Below, one piece after another: positions 27,159-37,255 of a DNA stretch of 47,135 bases; within the stretch, counting starts at the first letter, position 1, and every line of letters begins with the position of its first letter. The position numbers and the translations under genes are program-made. Origin of the DNA: an uncultured Phocaeicola sp. (lineage in GTDB: Bacteria; Bacteroidota; Bacteroidia; Bacteroidales; Bacteroidaceae). Below the pieces are notes generated by a model. That model worked only from the letters and a program-made list of their open reading frames with translations. It had not been told where the DNA came from and made no database searches. The DNA lies in contig CAZJFI010000001.1 in NCBI GenBank assembly GCA_964545265.1, positions 1 through 47,135 on the forward strand, written 5' to 3'.

Positions 27159-28502
27159 ATGGAAACATTTTTAATTCGTGCTCTCCAATTGATAATGAGC
27201 CTGTCGTTGTTGGTTATTATTCACGAGGGAGGACATTTTTTCTTTGCAAAACTTTTTAAGGTACGCGTGACCAAATTTTATTTGTTCTTTAACCCTTGGT
27301 TCTCTTTGTTTAAGTTTAAGCCCAAGAATAGCGAGACAGAATATGGTGTCGGTTGGGTGCCATTAGGTGGCTATGTACAAATAGCAGGTATGGTAGACGA
27401 GACACAGAGTTCGGAAGATTTGAATCATCCTGTAGAAGAATGGGAGTTTAGAGCCAAGCCGGCTTGGCAACGCTTGCTTATAATGGTGGGTGGAGTACTG
27501 ATGAACTTCTTGTTGGCTTTGTTCATTTATTCCATGATATTATTTACTTGGGGAGATTCTTACGTGGCATTGAAAGACATGACTCATGGTATGGAATTTA
27601 ATGAACGTGCTGAAAAGATTGGTTTTTGTGATGGTGATATCTTGTTGAGTGCTGATGGCCAACCATTGGAACGTTTTAATATGGATATGCTTCGTATAGT
27701 GACAGAAGCTCGTTCGGTGATGGTTAGCCGTAATGGGCAGGAAGTGGAAGTGTTTATGCCCGAAATCAGTTTGTTGGATATTGCCAAGGACGACCCGGCA
27801 TTTGTTACTCCTCTGATTCCGAATGTGGTGGATTCTGTTGTCAAGGGAATGCCTATGGCTAACGCTGGTATACAAGCTGGAGATAGTTTGTTGGCAGTAA
27901 ATGGAAAGCGTATCAGTTCTTGGAATGTGTTCCTTGAAGCAATGTCCAGCTTGAAAGCTATCGCCCAAGGTGAGGATAAAAAACAGGCCAATCTCACATT
28001 GGTTTATTCACGCTCAGGTGTGCGTGATACATTGGCATTGACAACCGATTCTTTGTTTCAAGTGGGTGTAGTTAAATCGGCTCTCTTGGATTATAAGCAA
28101 ACTAATCTGAAATATGGTTTCTTTGAATCTTTCCCGGCAGGTATTACTTTAGGAGTAAACACCCTTAAAGGATATGTGAACGATTTGAAATATGTATTTA
28201 CGAAGGAAGGAGCCAAGAGTGTAGGTGGTTTTGGAACGATTGGAAGTATTTTCCCTGAAGTATGGGATTGGCATCGTTTTTGGGAAATGACTGCTTTCTT
28301 GTCTATTATTCTGGCATTTATGAATATACTTCCTATACCGGCGTTGGATGGAGGACATGTATTGTTCCTGCTTTATGAAATTATTGCTCGTCGCAAGCCG
28401 AGTGACAAGTTTATGGAATATGCACAGATGACTGGTATGGTTTTGTTGTTTGCCTTGCTGATATGGGCAAATTTCAATGACGTATTGAGATTCCTGTTTT
28501 AA
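27159..28502 (+). CDS. rseP: RIP metalloprotease RseP
   Basis: HEGGH, PLGGYV, PDZ domains, NILPIPALDGGH. Confidence 0.95.
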   Translation: METFLIRALQLIMSLSLLVIIHEGGHFFFAKLFKVRVTKFYLFFNPWFSLFKFKPKNSETEYGVGWVPLGGYVQIAGMVDETQSSEDLNHPVEEWEFRAKPAWQRLLIMVGGVLMNFLLALFIYSMILFTWGDSYVALKDMTHGMEFNERAEKIGFCDGDILLSADGQPLERFNMDMLRIVTEARSVMVSRNGQEVEVFMPEISLLDIAKDDPAFVTPLIPNVVDSVVKGMPMANAGIQAGDSLLAVNGKRISSWNVFLEAMSSLKAIAQGEDKKQANLTLVYSRSGVRDTLALTTDSLFQVGVVKSALLDYKQTNLKYGFFESFPAGITLGVNTLKGYVNDLKYVFTKEGAKSVGGFGTIGSIFPEVWDWHRFWEMTAFLSIILAFMNILPIPALDGGHVLFLLYEIIARRKPSDKFMEYAQMTGMVLLFALLIWANFNDVLRFLF

Positions 28503-28506
28503 GGAT

Positions 28507-28660
28507 AAAAAAAAGAGCAAAAGTTCATCACTGAACCCGCTCACCTTTGAAGAACCCCCACCAAAACGGGGTTCTTTTTTTGCTTTAGTTTGTGTGTTAT
28601 CCTTCCTTTACTTAAAACCTTAAAAACAAATTATTTAAATACCTTTTGAAAACTAATTCC
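28507..28660 (-). ncRNA. Candidate ~150-nt intergenic sRNA with its own promoter and terminator
   Basis: Minus-strand -7 TACCTTTG (28672-28665) with TTG 19 nt upstream; AU-rich 5' part; internal hairpin; ends in GAGCGGGTTCA-GTGA-TGAACTTTTGCTC plus 8 T; no ORF in the track. Confidence 0.65.
28550..28581 (+). terminator. Probable terminator of the tsaB-rseP operon
   Basis: AAGAACCCC...GGGGTTCTT followed by a T run on the + strand. Confidence 0.7.
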
Positions 28661-28775
28661 ACTACAAAGGTACGACTTTTTTTGAAATCTGCAAGGAGTG
28701 AAAATAGTAAAGTGTAAAAAGTACGCTTTTTCTTGATTTATGTCATGAAAAGGCGATATTTATGTTACATGGGAA

Positions 28776-30191
28776 CTACGCTTTGGGGGTAAGTCCCATC
28801 TTCTTGGCGCGTTCGATCATAAAATGAAAGGCTGCATCATGTTCATTGGGAATTACTCCATCCAAAATAGCATCTTTGATGGCACTTTTCAAACTTCCTA
28901 CTTCCCTGCATGGATCCAATCCGAATACTTGCATAATCTCAGCCCCATCAACAGGAGGTTGAAAGTTGCGGATACGGTCCTTTTCTTCCAAATCCTTCAG
29001 CTTTTGTCGGACAAGTTTGAAATTGTCAAGGAAACGTTGTTTCTTAACTTCATTCTTCGAGGTGATATCGGCTTCACAAAGCAACATCAAATCGTCTATG
29101 TCATCACCTGCTTCGAAGAGTAGACGACGTACGGCCGAATCGGTCACTTCTTCATCGGCTATCACGATGGGGCGCATGTGTAGACCAACCAACTTTTGGA
29201 TGTACTTCATCTTTTCGTTCATCGGCAATTTCATTTTGCGGAAAATGTCCGGAATCATTTTTTCGCCGATATAGTTGTGGTTGTGGAAGGTCCAACCAAC
29301 TTTAGGTTCCCAACGCTTGGTACGTGGTTTGCCGATATCATGCAACAAAGTAGCCCATCGTAACCAAAGATTATCGGTGTGTTTGGCAATATTGTCCAAC
29401 ACTTCGAGGGTGTGGTAGAAGTTGTCCTTATGAGCACGTCCGTTTTTAACATCTACTCCTTGTAAAGCACTCATCTCAGGGAAGATGAGCGGGAGAAGTC
29501 CGCAACGGTCTAATTCCACAAATCCTTTGGAAGGAATCGGGGAAAGGATAATCTTATTCAGCTCATCGGCAATGCGCTCACGAGAAATAATGTTGATGCG
29601 TTCTTTATTTCTTTCCAGTGCTTCGAACGTTATATCGTCTATGTAAAAATTCAGTTGGGTAGCGAAACGGATGCATCGCATCATGCGAAGCGGATCATCG
29701 CTGAAAGTAATATCAGGATCTAATGGGGTACGTATGGTTCGTTCCTTCAAGTCATCCAAACCGTTGAACGGATCCACCAATTCTCCATAACGTGCTTGGT
29801 TGAGGCATACCGCCATAGCATTGATGGTAAAATCACGCCGGTTTTGGTCGTCTTCCAATGTCCCGTCCTCTACAATGGGTTTACGACTATCGTGACTATA
29901 TGATTCTTTTCGGGCGCCAACGAATTCAACTTCGGTATCGCGGTATTTTACTTGAGCGGTCCCGAAATTACGAAAGACCGATACATGTGCTTTCTTGCCT
30001 AACTTCTGTCCAAAAGTTTGAGCCATCTCGATACCGCTTCCTACTACCACCACGTCAATGTCCTTCGATGGGCGGTTCAAAAATATATCGCGTACATAAC
30101 CGCCTACTACATAGCATTCCAACCCCAATTCATCGGCGGTTTGGGAGATTAGATGAAATATTTTATCGTTAAAATGTTCTTTTAATTCCAT
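28776..30191 (-). CDS. cca: CCA tRNA nucleotidyltransferase (HD domain)
   Basis: VVGGYVRD...DIDVV, RRDFTINA, DDPLRMMR, LLHDIGK. Confidence 0.93.
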   Translation of the reverse strand: MELKEHFNDKIFHLISQTADELGLECYVVGGYVRDIFLNRPSKDIDVVVVGSGIEMAQTFGQKLGKKAHVSVFRNFGTAQVKYRDTEVEFVGARKESYSHDSRKPIVEDGTLEDDQNRRDFTINAMAVCLNQARYGELVDPFNGLDDLKERTIRTPLDPDITFSDDPLRMMRCIRFATQLNFYIDDITFEALERNKERINIISRERIADELNKIILSPIPSKGFVELDRCGLLPLIFPEMSALQGVDVKNGRAHKDNFYHTLEVLDNIAKHTDNLWLRWATLLHDIGKPRTKRWEPKVGWTFHNHNYIGEKMIPDIFRKMKLPMNEKMKYIQKLVGLHMRPIVIADEEVTDSAVRRLLFEAGDDIDDLMLLCEADITSKNEVKKQRFLDNFKLVRQKLKDLEEKDRIRNFQPPVDGAEIMQVFGLDPCREVGSLKSAIKDAILDGVIPNEHDAAFHFMIERAKKMGLTPKA

Positions 30192-30261
30192 ATATTCTTA
30201 AGAATAGGTGTGCAAAAATACAACTTTTTTGTACATTTGCCCTGACTAAAAAGTAAAATGT

Positions 30262-31074
30262 ATGAAAAAGACAGTTGGAATGGCCATTTGTGGCGCCTTG
30301 TTTATGGCAAGTTGTGGTGATGGAGGCGAGAAAAAAGCACAATTCCATTTGCAGAAGGCCGAAGTTGCTTTGGTTCAAGAGAACTTTAGTGAGGCCAAAT
30401 TGCAGATAGATAGTATAAAGGTATTGTATCCGAAAGCTTTCGAAGCTCGCAAGCAAGGTATCAGGCTGATGCAACAAGTAGATTTGAAAGAGCAACAAAA
30501 GAGTTTGGTGTATCTGGATAGTATGATGCTGGTGAAGCAAAATCAGTTGGATTCCATTAAAGGGAAATTTGTCTTGGAAAAAGATACTGCTTATCAGGAG
30601 ATTGGTAATTGGTTTTATCCTACTCAAGTGATAGAAAAGAATCTAGGACGTTCTTTCTTGCGGGCGCAAGTCAATGAATTGGGAGAAATGTCAATGACCT
30701 CTATTTATTGTGCCGACGGAAGCATTCATCATACGGCGGTAAAGGTTAGCGTAGGCGAATTGTTTGCTGAGACTCCTCCTGCTAAAGATAGTTATGAAAG
30801 TACGGATTTAGGTCGTCCTATTGAAAAAGCCGATTATAAAATGGGTGAAGACGGGGGTGTGATTGGCTTTGTAGCTTCAAATAAAGATAAGAATATCCAA
30901 TTGTCATTCTTGGGCGATCGCACTTATAAAACAATCATGCAACCCAATGACCGCAAAGCTTTTGCTGAATTGACAGAACTGGCGCGTATTCTTTCAGCAA
31001 TGGAACAAATTCGCAAGGAACAAAAAGAAGCCAACTTGAAGATTCAGTTTGTGACAAGAAAAATGCAGGAATAA
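30262..31074 (+). CDS. Hypothetical lipoprotein
   Basis: Lipobox FMASC after a hydrophobic signal; helical N-terminal part; divergent from cca with -7 TACATTTG at 30232. Confidence 0.75.
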   Translation: MKKTVGMAICGALFMASCGDGGEKKAQFHLQKAEVALVQENFSEAKLQIDSIKVLYPKAFEARKQGIRLMQQVDLKEQQKSLVYLDSMMLVKQNQLDSIKGKFVLEKDTAYQEIGNWFYPTQVIEKNLGRSFLRAQVNELGEMSMTSIYCADGSIHHTAVKVSVGELFAETPPAKDSYESTDLGRPIEKADYKMGEDGGVIGFVASNKDKNIQLSFLGDRTYKTIMQPNDRKAFAELTELARILSAMEQIRKEQKEANLKIQFVTRKMQE

Positions 31075-31088
31075 GGCTATTCCTGCAT
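31063..31088. terminator. Hairpin between the convergent lipoprotein and ruvA genes
   Basis: 11-bp perfect stem ATGCAGGAATA/TATTCCTGCAT overlapping the lipoprotein stop codon. Confidence 0.5.
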
Positions 31089-31100
31089 GTAATGAATGGT

Positions 31101-31697
31101 TTATAGGCGTTTTAAAGCCAATTTTATAACTTTTTCCACAGGTAGGGTAGGCTCTTCTTTCAGAATGGCAGATACCACTTTTTGCGAAGGTGCTTGTGGA
31201 AATCCCAACATGGTGAGTGCCGCAACCGCTTCTTCGTGTACTTCGGAATGAGTAGCTGAAGGGAATAACACTTCTCCACCAGTTTGATTGATGTCTACGG
31301 AAACAATCTTGTCTTTTAAGTCAACAATAATGCGTTGGGCGGTTTTCAAGCCGATGCCTTTTACCGTTTTTAGTAACTTGTCGTTACTGGAACTGATGAC
31401 ATTGCATAATTCTGATGGTGTAAGGGCTGATAGAATCATGCGTGCCGTATTCCCTCCAATTCCAGAAACGGAAATGAGTAACAGGAATAATTCGCGCTCT
31501 TGTTTGGTGGAAAAACCAAACAAAACATAGGCATCTTCGCGGATACCTTCATATATATATAACTTTACTGTTTTCTTGCCTTGGATGGCGGAATAGGTGT
31601 TTAGTGAAATATTCACTCCGTAACCAATCCCGTTGCAATCGATTACTGCCATAGTAGGCGTAGATTCGGCTAATTCTCCTTTTAGATATTCTATCAT
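31101..31697 (-). CDS. ruvA: Holliday junction branch migration protein RuvA
   Basis: [43 protein letters not shown]. Confidence 0.96.
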   Translation of the reverse strand: MIEYLKGELAESTPTMAVIDCNGIGYGVNISLNTYSAIQGKKTVKLYIYEGIREDAYVLFGFSTKQERELFLLLISVSGIGGNTARMILSALTPSELCNVISSSNDKLLKTVKGIGLKTAQRIIVDLKDKIVSVDINQTGGEVLFPSATHSEVHEEAVAALTMLGFPQAPSQKVVSAILKEEPTLPVEKVIKLALKRL

Positions 31698-31870
31698 GTC
31701 AGAATTCTTATGAATGTTATTTTTATGCAAAAATAGCATTTCTATCTTATAGAAAGTAAGTTCATGAAGATTATTTTGAATTTATTAGGATAGAATGTGC
31801 AATTTTATAAAGCAAAATGCTTATTTTTGTGCCATAATAAAAGATAATAGTTACGAAAAACGATAAAAGG

Positions 31871-32770
31871 ATGGAAAAAATTAGAGCGGCCGTAGTAGGA
31901 TACGGTAATATTGGCAAGTCGGTAGTAGAAGCACTTCAAGTAGCTCCCGATTTTGAAATTGCAGGTATTGTACGTCGCAGTGGTGCTGAAAACAAACCGG
32001 CCGAATTGGCTAACTATGAGGTTGTAAGAAGTATCAAGGAATTGAAAGATGTGGATGTGGCAATTTTGGCAACACCTACTCGTAAGGTAGAAGAGCATGC
32101 CAAGGAAATTCTTGCTATGGGTATCAATACGGTGGATAGTTTTGATATTCATACGCAAATTACTACATTGCGTCGTTCGTTGGATGAATCGGGAAAAGCA
32201 GGGAATGCTGTAGCCATTATATCAGCAGGATGGGATCCGGGTAGTGACTCGGTGGTGCGTGCTTTGCTCGAAGCAATCGCTCCTAAAGGTATAACTTATA
32301 CTAATTTTGGTCCTGGACGTAGTATGGGACATTCTGTAGCAGTTCGTGCCATTGATGGAGTAAAGGATGCTTTGTCTATGACTATCCCAACGGGTACAGG
32401 TATCCATCGCCGTATGGTGTATGTGGAATTGGAGGAAGGGGCCGATTTCAAAACGGTTGAGGCTGAAGTTAAATCTGATTCTTATTTTGTAAACGATGAA
32501 ACCCATGTAAAGCAAGTTCCTTGTGTAGACGACTTGAACGATGTAGGTCATGGAGTGAATTTGGTGCGCAAGGGTGTATCGGGCATTACTCACAACCAAA
32601 TGTTTGAATTCAATATGAAAATCAATAACCCCGCTTTGACAGCTCAGGTGATGGTTTGTTGTGCCCGTGCTTCCATGAAACAACAGCCGGGATGTTATAC
32701 GCTGATTGAAGTGCCTGTTATTGATCTGCTTTGCGGAGACCGTGAAGAATTAATTGCACACTTGGTATAG
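31871..32770 (+). CDS. ddh: Meso-diaminopimelate D-dehydrogenase
   Basis: VGYGNIG, TVDSFDIH, GWDPGSDS, FGPGRSMGHS, NNPALTA. Confidence 0.92.
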   Translation: MEKIRAAVVGYGNIGKSVVEALQVAPDFEIAGIVRRSGAENKPAELANYEVVRSIKELKDVDVAILATPTRKVEEHAKEILAMGINTVDSFDIHTQITTLRRSLDESGKAGNAVAIISAGWDPGSDSVVRALLEAIAPKGITYTNFGPGRSMGHSVAVRAIDGVKDALSMTIPTGTGIHRRMVYVELEEGADFKTVEAEVKSDSYFVNDETHVKQVPCVDDLNDVGHGVNLVRKGVSGITHNQMFEFNMKINNPALTAQVMVCCARASMKQQPGCYTLIEVPVIDLLCGDREELIAHLV

Positions 32771-32853
32771 GATAAATTTTAATTGGATACATATAATTTG
32801 CATACATTTACTTTTTTTGTTTCCTTTGTATCGTCTAATTAAAATGGAATTAT

Positions 32854-33663
32854 ATGTTGGCAAGTATAGTATGGGATGTTGACCCCACGATATTCGAGAT
32901 TGGAGGACGTGAAATACGTTGGTATGGATTGATGTGGGGGATAGGTTTTCTTTTGGCCTATAAATATGCTGAATGGATATTCAAGAAAGAGAATCGTCCG
33001 GAAGAATGGACAGACCGATTGTTTGTCTATAGTATGGTTGGTGTGATTGTAGGTGCCCGTTTGGGACATTGCTTGTTCTATCAATGGGATTATTATACTT
33101 CCAATCCTGTTGAAATCTTGAAGATTTGGGAAGGTGGATTGGCCAGTCATGGTGGAACCTTGGGTGCTATATTGGCTGCTTGGCTTTTCTCTCGTAAGAT
33201 AACCAAACAGAGTGTATGGTGGTTGTTCGACCGTATCATCCCCAGTGTAGCTTTGCTCTGCTTTTGTATTCGTTTTGGTAATCTGATGAATTCCGAAATC
33301 TTTGGTTATCCTACTACCATGCCTTGGGGTTTTGAATTTGTCCGTTCTCGCGAGTGGAACCAATTATATGCCGGTTTGCCTTGTCATCCTACACAGATAT
33401 ACGAAATGCTTTATTGTTTGGTTGCAGGTGTTACTTCGTATGTAATGTACACTAAATTCCATTTGCAAAAGTACGTGGGGTTGATTACAGGTGTCAGCTT
33501 GCTTATTTTCTTCGGAACTCGTTTTGCCTTGGAATTCATGAAGAACCCGCAAGTGTCCGAAGAAGTGGGTATGACATTGAACATTGGTCAGTTGCTTAGT
33601 TTGCCACTTGTTTTGTTGGGCATATATTTGATTTGGAGTGGCCGTACAGCCCGCGAGAAATAG
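32854..33663 (+). CDS. lgt: Prolipoprotein diacylglyceryl transferase
   Basis: IRWYG, GARLGHCLFY, WEGGLASHGG, RFGNLMNSEIFG, HPTQIYE. Confidence 0.96.
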   Translation: MLASIVWDVDPTIFEIGGREIRWYGLMWGIGFLLAYKYAEWIFKKENRPEEWTDRLFVYSMVGVIVGARLGHCLFYQWDYYTSNPVEILKIWEGGLASHGGTLGAILAAWLFSRKITKQSVWWLFDRIIPSVALLCFCIRFGNLMNSEIFGYPTTMPWGFEFVRSREWNQLYAGLPCHPTQIYEMLYCLVAGVTSYVMYTKFHLQKYVGLITGVSLLIFFGTRFALEFMKNPQVSEEVGMTLNIGQLLSLPLVLLGIYLIWSGRTAREK

Positions 33664-33800
33664 GAATAGATAATGGGAAAGGTCCATTAAATATAACATT
33701 TTATACCCTAAAATTAAGGGATAATAAGGTTCAATATATCTTATTATTCCTTATTTTTGCAAAATCCTATTATACCATGATGATACATAAAATTATAAAT

Positions 33801-35894
33801 ATGAAGAGGTATTTCTTTTTTGCAGTCGGCTTGACTTTGAGTTTGTTTGCTTGTGATAATAGTCACGATGATTTGTACGATCCTACTTGGATGCGTGAGC
33901 AATACAACAATCAATGGGAAATGCAGTTTGGTGAAATCGACCCGAACCATACTTGGAATATGGCCAAGCAAGTTAAGGCTAATCTTTCCATTCAAGAAGA
34001 CGCTTTGTCGGAATATACTTTTAAGATTTATACGGCGAATCCGTTTGAAGACGATAATGCTCAATTATTGGCCAAAACACTAGTGAAAACGGATGCTGAA
34101 GGATATGCCGAAGCTTCTTTAATTTTTGATATGCTTAGAAGTCAAAAGAAACTTTTCATAGCTCGCCTTGACAGCAAAAATCGGATGGCATTTAAATTCT
34201 CGGAGATTGCTAATGAAACTATTGATGTTGCATTTGGCTATTCTACTTATAAAACAAGGACTATTTCTTCTAGAGCGGGGGGGGATTTCCCTACTATAGA
34301 CGCTCCATATACAGAAGCGGATGTTAATCAATTATTAGCTGAGGCAACTGATGTGTCAGATCAGCTTTCTTATAATATAAACCAAATACCTAATGCACTT
34401 GGAAAAATTACAAAGAATACTACGGTTGATAGTTGGCTGTATAATTGGGACTCCAATTGCCATCCAATTTTGATTATAGATAATGGGGCTTGTTTGAGTC
34501 TTAAAAACTGCCAAAATATAAGTAATGCTACAATAATTGTAGCGAAAGGGGGCATTTTAGATTTGACGGATAATATGTGCCCGTTTGAAATACCTACTTC
34601 TGGTAATATAATTGTAATGCCAAATGGCAAGATAATTGATGAAAGCACGGATAGTAGAGCAGCTAGTATCAATTTAAGTACCACTTTGTATAATGCCGGT
34701 GAAATTTGTGTTCGAAAGATGAATATAGCGGGTTATTCTGATATTTATGGACATTTGTATAATTCCCACGAAAATGCAGTTGTTCAAGTCGGAGATATAG
34801 ATATAACAACTCCTTTAGGAATAATAACCAATTGGGGGAAAATACAGTGTGAAAATATATTTGGTAACCCTGGAGACGATTGGGGGCAAGGAACTATTAA
34901 TAATGCATGTTTGCTCCGTGTAACCAATGAAATACGTTCTGCCTGTTTGAACCAAGCAGCTAGAACAGCGTTGGAATGTAATCGGTTTGTTGTTAATGGG
35001 AATATTTATCTCCACGAAAATTCTATATTGAGAGCTGATGTCTTTTATGCCAATCAATTAGACGTTCAATATGTGGGAGTTAGTACAAGTTTTTCTGATC
35101 TTGCATTGCTCTCAATGAACTATGTTGAATATTTTAATGATGTTACATTTGCAGGAAATTTGTTTTTTGAATATGGAACTGCTGAGGTAACAAGTGAGGA
35201 TATATCAAATGCAGCTACCAATGGTTCAAGAGTTACTGCTTCTATAGGAGGAGCTCCTATTTATATTAATCCGGATTCGAATAAAGACATTCGTGATTCG
35301 GAATGCACAGGTATAGGGAATACTCCTGTAGATAATGGACCAACTGTAGAGGATAAACCTCAATCTTGGACAGTGGCTTGCGAAGACCTTGGTTCTATTG
35401 GAGACTTTGACTTTAATGACGTAGTATTTAAAGTAAGCCATGTTAGTGGAAGTGGAGAAATTACAGTAACTCCCCTTGCTGCAGGTGGAACTATGACTGT
35501 AAACTTGTATCACGATTCACAATTGTTAGGTGAAATACATAACTTGCTTGGTGTGGATGATGTAACAAAAATGATTAATACAGGTCTTGAAGGGGAAAAA
35601 GGATTCACCTCGAGTGTTAGTGAGTCTAAAACATTGTCCGTTAGCGATTCATTCTCTATGTCCGATAATATGGGTGGCTTTAGATTGGAAATTTTAAATG
35701 GGAAGGGAAGATTTGCAGCAGAAATTCAAGGCCCTGTGAATGGTGATTCTCCTCAAATGATTTGTGTGCCGGGTGATTGGAGATGGCCGAGAGAATGGCA
35801 GAAAATTAGTGATGCTTATCCTGATTTTGTAAATTGGAGTTCGAATAATAATGTAGAATGGTACAATAACTCAAATTCTGATTACATCTATTGA
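33801..35894 (+). CDS. Large surface lipoprotein with a C-terminal DUF4842/LruC-like domain
   Basis: Lipobox LFAC after MKRYFFFAVG (ATG 33801), followed by acidic DNSHDD; C-terminal CEDLGSIGDFDFNDVV and WRWPRE...ISDAYPDFVNW motifs. Confidence 0.75.
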   Translation: MKRYFFFAVGLTLSLFACDNSHDDLYDPTWMREQYNNQWEMQFGEIDPNHTWNMAKQVKANLSIQEDALSEYTFKIYTANPFEDDNAQLLAKTLVKTDAEGYAEASLIFDMLRSQKKLFIARLDSKNRMAFKFSEIANETIDVAFGYSTYKTRTISSRAGGDFPTIDAPYTEADVNQLLAEATDVSDQLSYNINQIPNALGKITKNTTVDSWLYNWDSNCHPILIIDNGACLSLKNCQNISNATIIVAKGGILDLTDNMCPFEIPTSGNIIVMPNGKIIDESTDSRAASINLSTTLYNAGEICVRKMNIAGYSDIYGHLYNSHENAVVQVGDIDITTPLGIITNWGKIQCENIFGNPGDDWGQGTINNACLLRVTNEIRSACLNQAARTALECNRFVVNGNIYLHENSILRADVFYANQLDVQYVGVSTSFSDLALLSMNYVEYFNDVTFAGNLFFEYGTAEVTSEDISNAATNGSRVTASIGGAPIYINPDSNKDIRDSECTGIGNTPVDNGPTVEDKPQSWTVACEDLGSIGDFDFNDVVFKVSHVSGSGEITVTPLAAGGTMTVNLYHDSQLLGEIHNLLGVDDVTKMINTGLEGEKGFTSSVSESKTLSVSDSFSMSDNMGGFRLEILNGKGRFAAEIQGPVNGDSPQMICVPGDWRWPREWQKISDAYPDFVNWSSNNNVEWYNNSNSDYIY

Positions 35895-35944
35895 TTTAGG
35901 TGATATTTATAAATAATATCTTCATTATAATAGGAATAAGAAAG

Positions 35945-36574
35945 ATGAAACAAATACTGACAATTCTTATTTTATGGATAGGTACGATGTCGGCTTCGGC
36001 GCAAGAAATGAAGACGATATTCGTCAATTTGCCAGACTCCATTGAACCTTTGCTTACTAAAGTGAATAAGGAAGACTGTGTGGATTTCTTGGATAGTGGT
36101 ATGAAAGCAGTAGTGAAAAACCGCTTTGACCGTTCGGCGGAATTGAAGGTCTTGACATCCGATTATTTACAGATGCAACTCTCCGATGTGAGTGCTTTGG
36201 AATTGAAACTGCTTCCTTTGAAAGATTCCGTTCGTGTAATTTGTATGGTTAAGACGGTGTGTGCTTCGGCTTGTGATAGTGATATCCGTTTCTTTGATAC
36301 AAAATGGAATGAACTTGATGCGTCGGACTTCTTGAAATATCCAGTTGAGGATGCTTTTTATTTGCCCTTGGATTCGTTGACTGATGATGTGCAGGAATTA
36401 AGAGTAAAGGCCGATATCAGTTTGATGAAAGCTTCACTCTCGGCTGATGATACATCCTTGACTTGGGAATATACTACTCCTTTGACTTTGCATAAAGATG
36501 ATCGCGAGAAACTAATCCTTCTGTTGCGTAATGAGCCTTTGATTATGCAGTGGGTTGAAGGACGATTTGAATAA
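35945..36574 (+). CDS. DUF3256-family secreted protein
   Basis: Signal peptide ...SAQ, FVNLPDSI.PLLTKVN..DCVDF, ICMVKTV...ACDS. Confidence 0.75.
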   Translation: MKQILTILILWIGTMSASAQEMKTIFVNLPDSIEPLLTKVNKEDCVDFLDSGMKAVVKNRFDRSAELKVLTSDYLQMQLSDVSALELKLLPLKDSVRVICMVKTVCASACDSDIRFFDTKWNELDASDFLKYPVEDAFYLPLDSLTDDVQELRVKADISLMKASLSADDTSLTWEYTTPLTLHKDDREKLILLLRNEPLIMQWVEGRFE

Positions 36575-36613
36575 TAATAAAGGGTTGCATCAAATGATGC
36601 AGCCCTTTATTAT
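36574..36613. terminator. Bidirectional terminator
   Basis: ATAATAAAGGGTTGCATC/GATGCAGCCCTTTATTAT between convergent genes. Confidence 0.8.
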
Positions 36614-36635
36614 GAAAACCGGAAAGGTTTCAAAA

Positions 36636-36890
36636 TTACTTCTTCATGCGGTTACCGTAGCGGCTCATGAACTTATCAACACGACCAGCTGTATCCACCA
36701 ACTTAGACTTACCAGTATAGAACGGGTGAGAAGTGTTAGAGATTTCCAACTTAACCAATGGATAAGTTTCGCCTTCGAATTCGATAGTGTCCTTAGTGTT
36801 GCAAGTAGAACGTGACAAGAACATATCACCGTTAGACATGTCCTTGAATACTACCGGACGGTAATTTTCTGGATGAATTCCTTTTTTCAT
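36636..36890 (-). CDS. rpmE: 50S ribosomal protein L31 type B
   Basis: [17 protein letters not shown]...SHPFYTGK...GRVDKF; lacks the four Zn-binding cysteines; real start at 36890. Confidence 0.95.
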   Translation of the reverse strand: MKKGIHPENYRPVVFKDMSNGDMFLSRSTCNTKDTIEFEGETYPLVKLEISNTSHPFYTGKSKLVDTAGRVDKFMSRYGNRMKK

Positions 36891-37255
36891 TTGAGTATGC
36901 TTTTTATTGTTATTATTGCTTTTTTGGTAACAATAATGTGTAATGGTCACATTTTGGACTGCAAAGATAGAGCATTTATTTGAAACAGAGAAGAGAAACT
37001 CAAACTTTTTTTCTTTTTCCTTGTTTTTTGGGGGCTGCTTGTTTCCTTCCATTTGTCAATTGGCTTGTATCATAATAGAAATCTTTGCAAAGTGGACATT
37101 ACAAAGCGACACCTTTAAGAGGCTAAGAAGAAGATTTAGACAGAAAACGAGTGGAATGATAAGATATTTTTAGATGGTTTTTGCCTTTAATTTGGCATTA
37201 TTGCTTAATTTTGCAGTGGATTTGAAATTACTAACAATTAAATAAATATAGTACA

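Noticed and set aside
36891..37052. N-terminal extension of L31 in the ORF track
   Set aside because: The real start is MKKGIHP at 36890; the extension spans the promoter (TATCTTTG at 36969-36962).
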